Source: Clostridium sp. KNHs214 (GTDB lineage: Bacteria; Bacillota; Clostridia; Clostridiales; Clostridiaceae). From it: a stretch of DNA of 24,000 nt. Location: contig NZ_JQMW01000004.1 in NCBI RefSeq assembly GCF_000744935.1, positions 86,869 through 110,868 on the forward strand, given 5' to 3'. The translations under genes and the position numbers were made by a program. Under the pieces are notes generated by a model. The model searched no databases and was not told the DNA's origin. It worked only from the letters and a program-made list of their open reading frames with translations. Each line of letters begins with the position of its first letter. The first letter of the stretch is position 1. Shown piece by piece: positions 23,654 to 24,000 of this stretch.

Positions 23654-24000
23654 CTATTCAATTTCACATTCAATCTCTGTACCATCAAGCAATGTTACAA
23701 TTATTTTTTCCCCCTCAAAGACAGTCATCTTCTCAATAATACTAATGAATAAATCCATATCAAATTCTTCTATTGGTTCTGCGATTTTCAGAATTCCAAT
23801 CAATTCCTTTGATTTGTACCTTACCAAAGCATTCTTGCTCTTTAAGTGCTCCTTCCATTTTTCCATGAAATAATCCCTGTTCTCAATCATTGCATTGAAA
23901 ACATTTATAAATGTTTGATGTAAAACTCTATCATCTATATGCTTGTTTTTACACCCCTTTTCCCCTTTGACTCTATACTTGTTATTGCATCTCCATATTA
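23654..24000 (-). CDS. Large serine recombinase, C-terminal part only (gene continues past the right edge)
   Basis: The frame is open from 24000: ...IWRCNNKYRVKGEKGCKNKHIDDRVLHQTFINVFNAMIENRDYF...LFISIIEKMTVFEGEKIIVTLLDGTEIECEIE*. The zinc-ribbon and coiled-coil/C-terminal beta tail are typical of Clostridial large serine recombinases. The track shows only the part after an internal Met. Confidence 0.8.
   Translation of the reverse strand, partial: IWRCNNKYRVKGEKGCKNKHIDDRVLHQTFINVFNAMIENRDYFMEKWKEHLKSKNALVRYKSKELIGILKIAEPIEEFDMDLFISIIEKMTVFEGEKIIVTLLDGTEIECEIE

Noticed and set aside
1-24000. A search for CRISPR arrays, tRNA/tmRNA/rRNA genes, tandem ToxI-like repeats and DGR-type template/variable repeats.
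   Set aside because: There are no short regularly spaced direct repeats. No cloverleaf-capable GC-rich segment exists; the only GC-rich patches are simple hairpins. No reverse transcriptase and no near-identical repeat pair other than those reported were found.

Overview
Strongly AT-rich accessory/defence island that looks like low-GC Firmicutes (Clostridia-like), transcribed almost entirely on the minus strand. Left to right:
- an edge-truncated small Cys-rich gene;
- a RelE/ParE-Phd/YefM toxin-antitoxin pair with a palindromic operator-promoter;
- a two-gene permease (one half carries a ferredoxin-like tail) divergent from a Crp/Fnr regulator;
- a decayed IS91-family transposase;
- an XRE regulator plus a small HTH gene;
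- two GNAT acetyltransferases;
- an IS1182-family element whose transposase has an in-frame TGA;
- a two-gene module (2-TM SieB-like protein + 824-aa HD/Hsp90-like GHKL ATPase) that I cannot assign to a named system;
- Hachiman (hamA-hamB) and Kiwa (kwaA-kwaB);
- a C-terminal hsdR remnant and a frameshifted unknown gene;
- about 1 kb of ORF-free DNA;
- an HTH/zinc-ribbon protein, a 553-aa protein with an Mrr/NERD-like C-terminus, a DUF3883 protein, and the 3' end of a large serine recombinase running off the right edge.
The main non-genic structure is six same-orientation copies of an ~87-bp, TA-flanked, hairpin-rich miniature element lying between nearly every module. One copy is split by the IS1182 element. 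One decapitates the small HTH gene while offering a replacement start. A paralogous empty site is also present. The best candidates for something undescribed are the SieB-like + HD-GHKL operon (8824-11826) and the DUF3883 + 553-aa nuclease-like pair (20393-23384). No rRNA, tRNA or CRISPR array was seen. All family names come from reading motifs by eye, not from searches.
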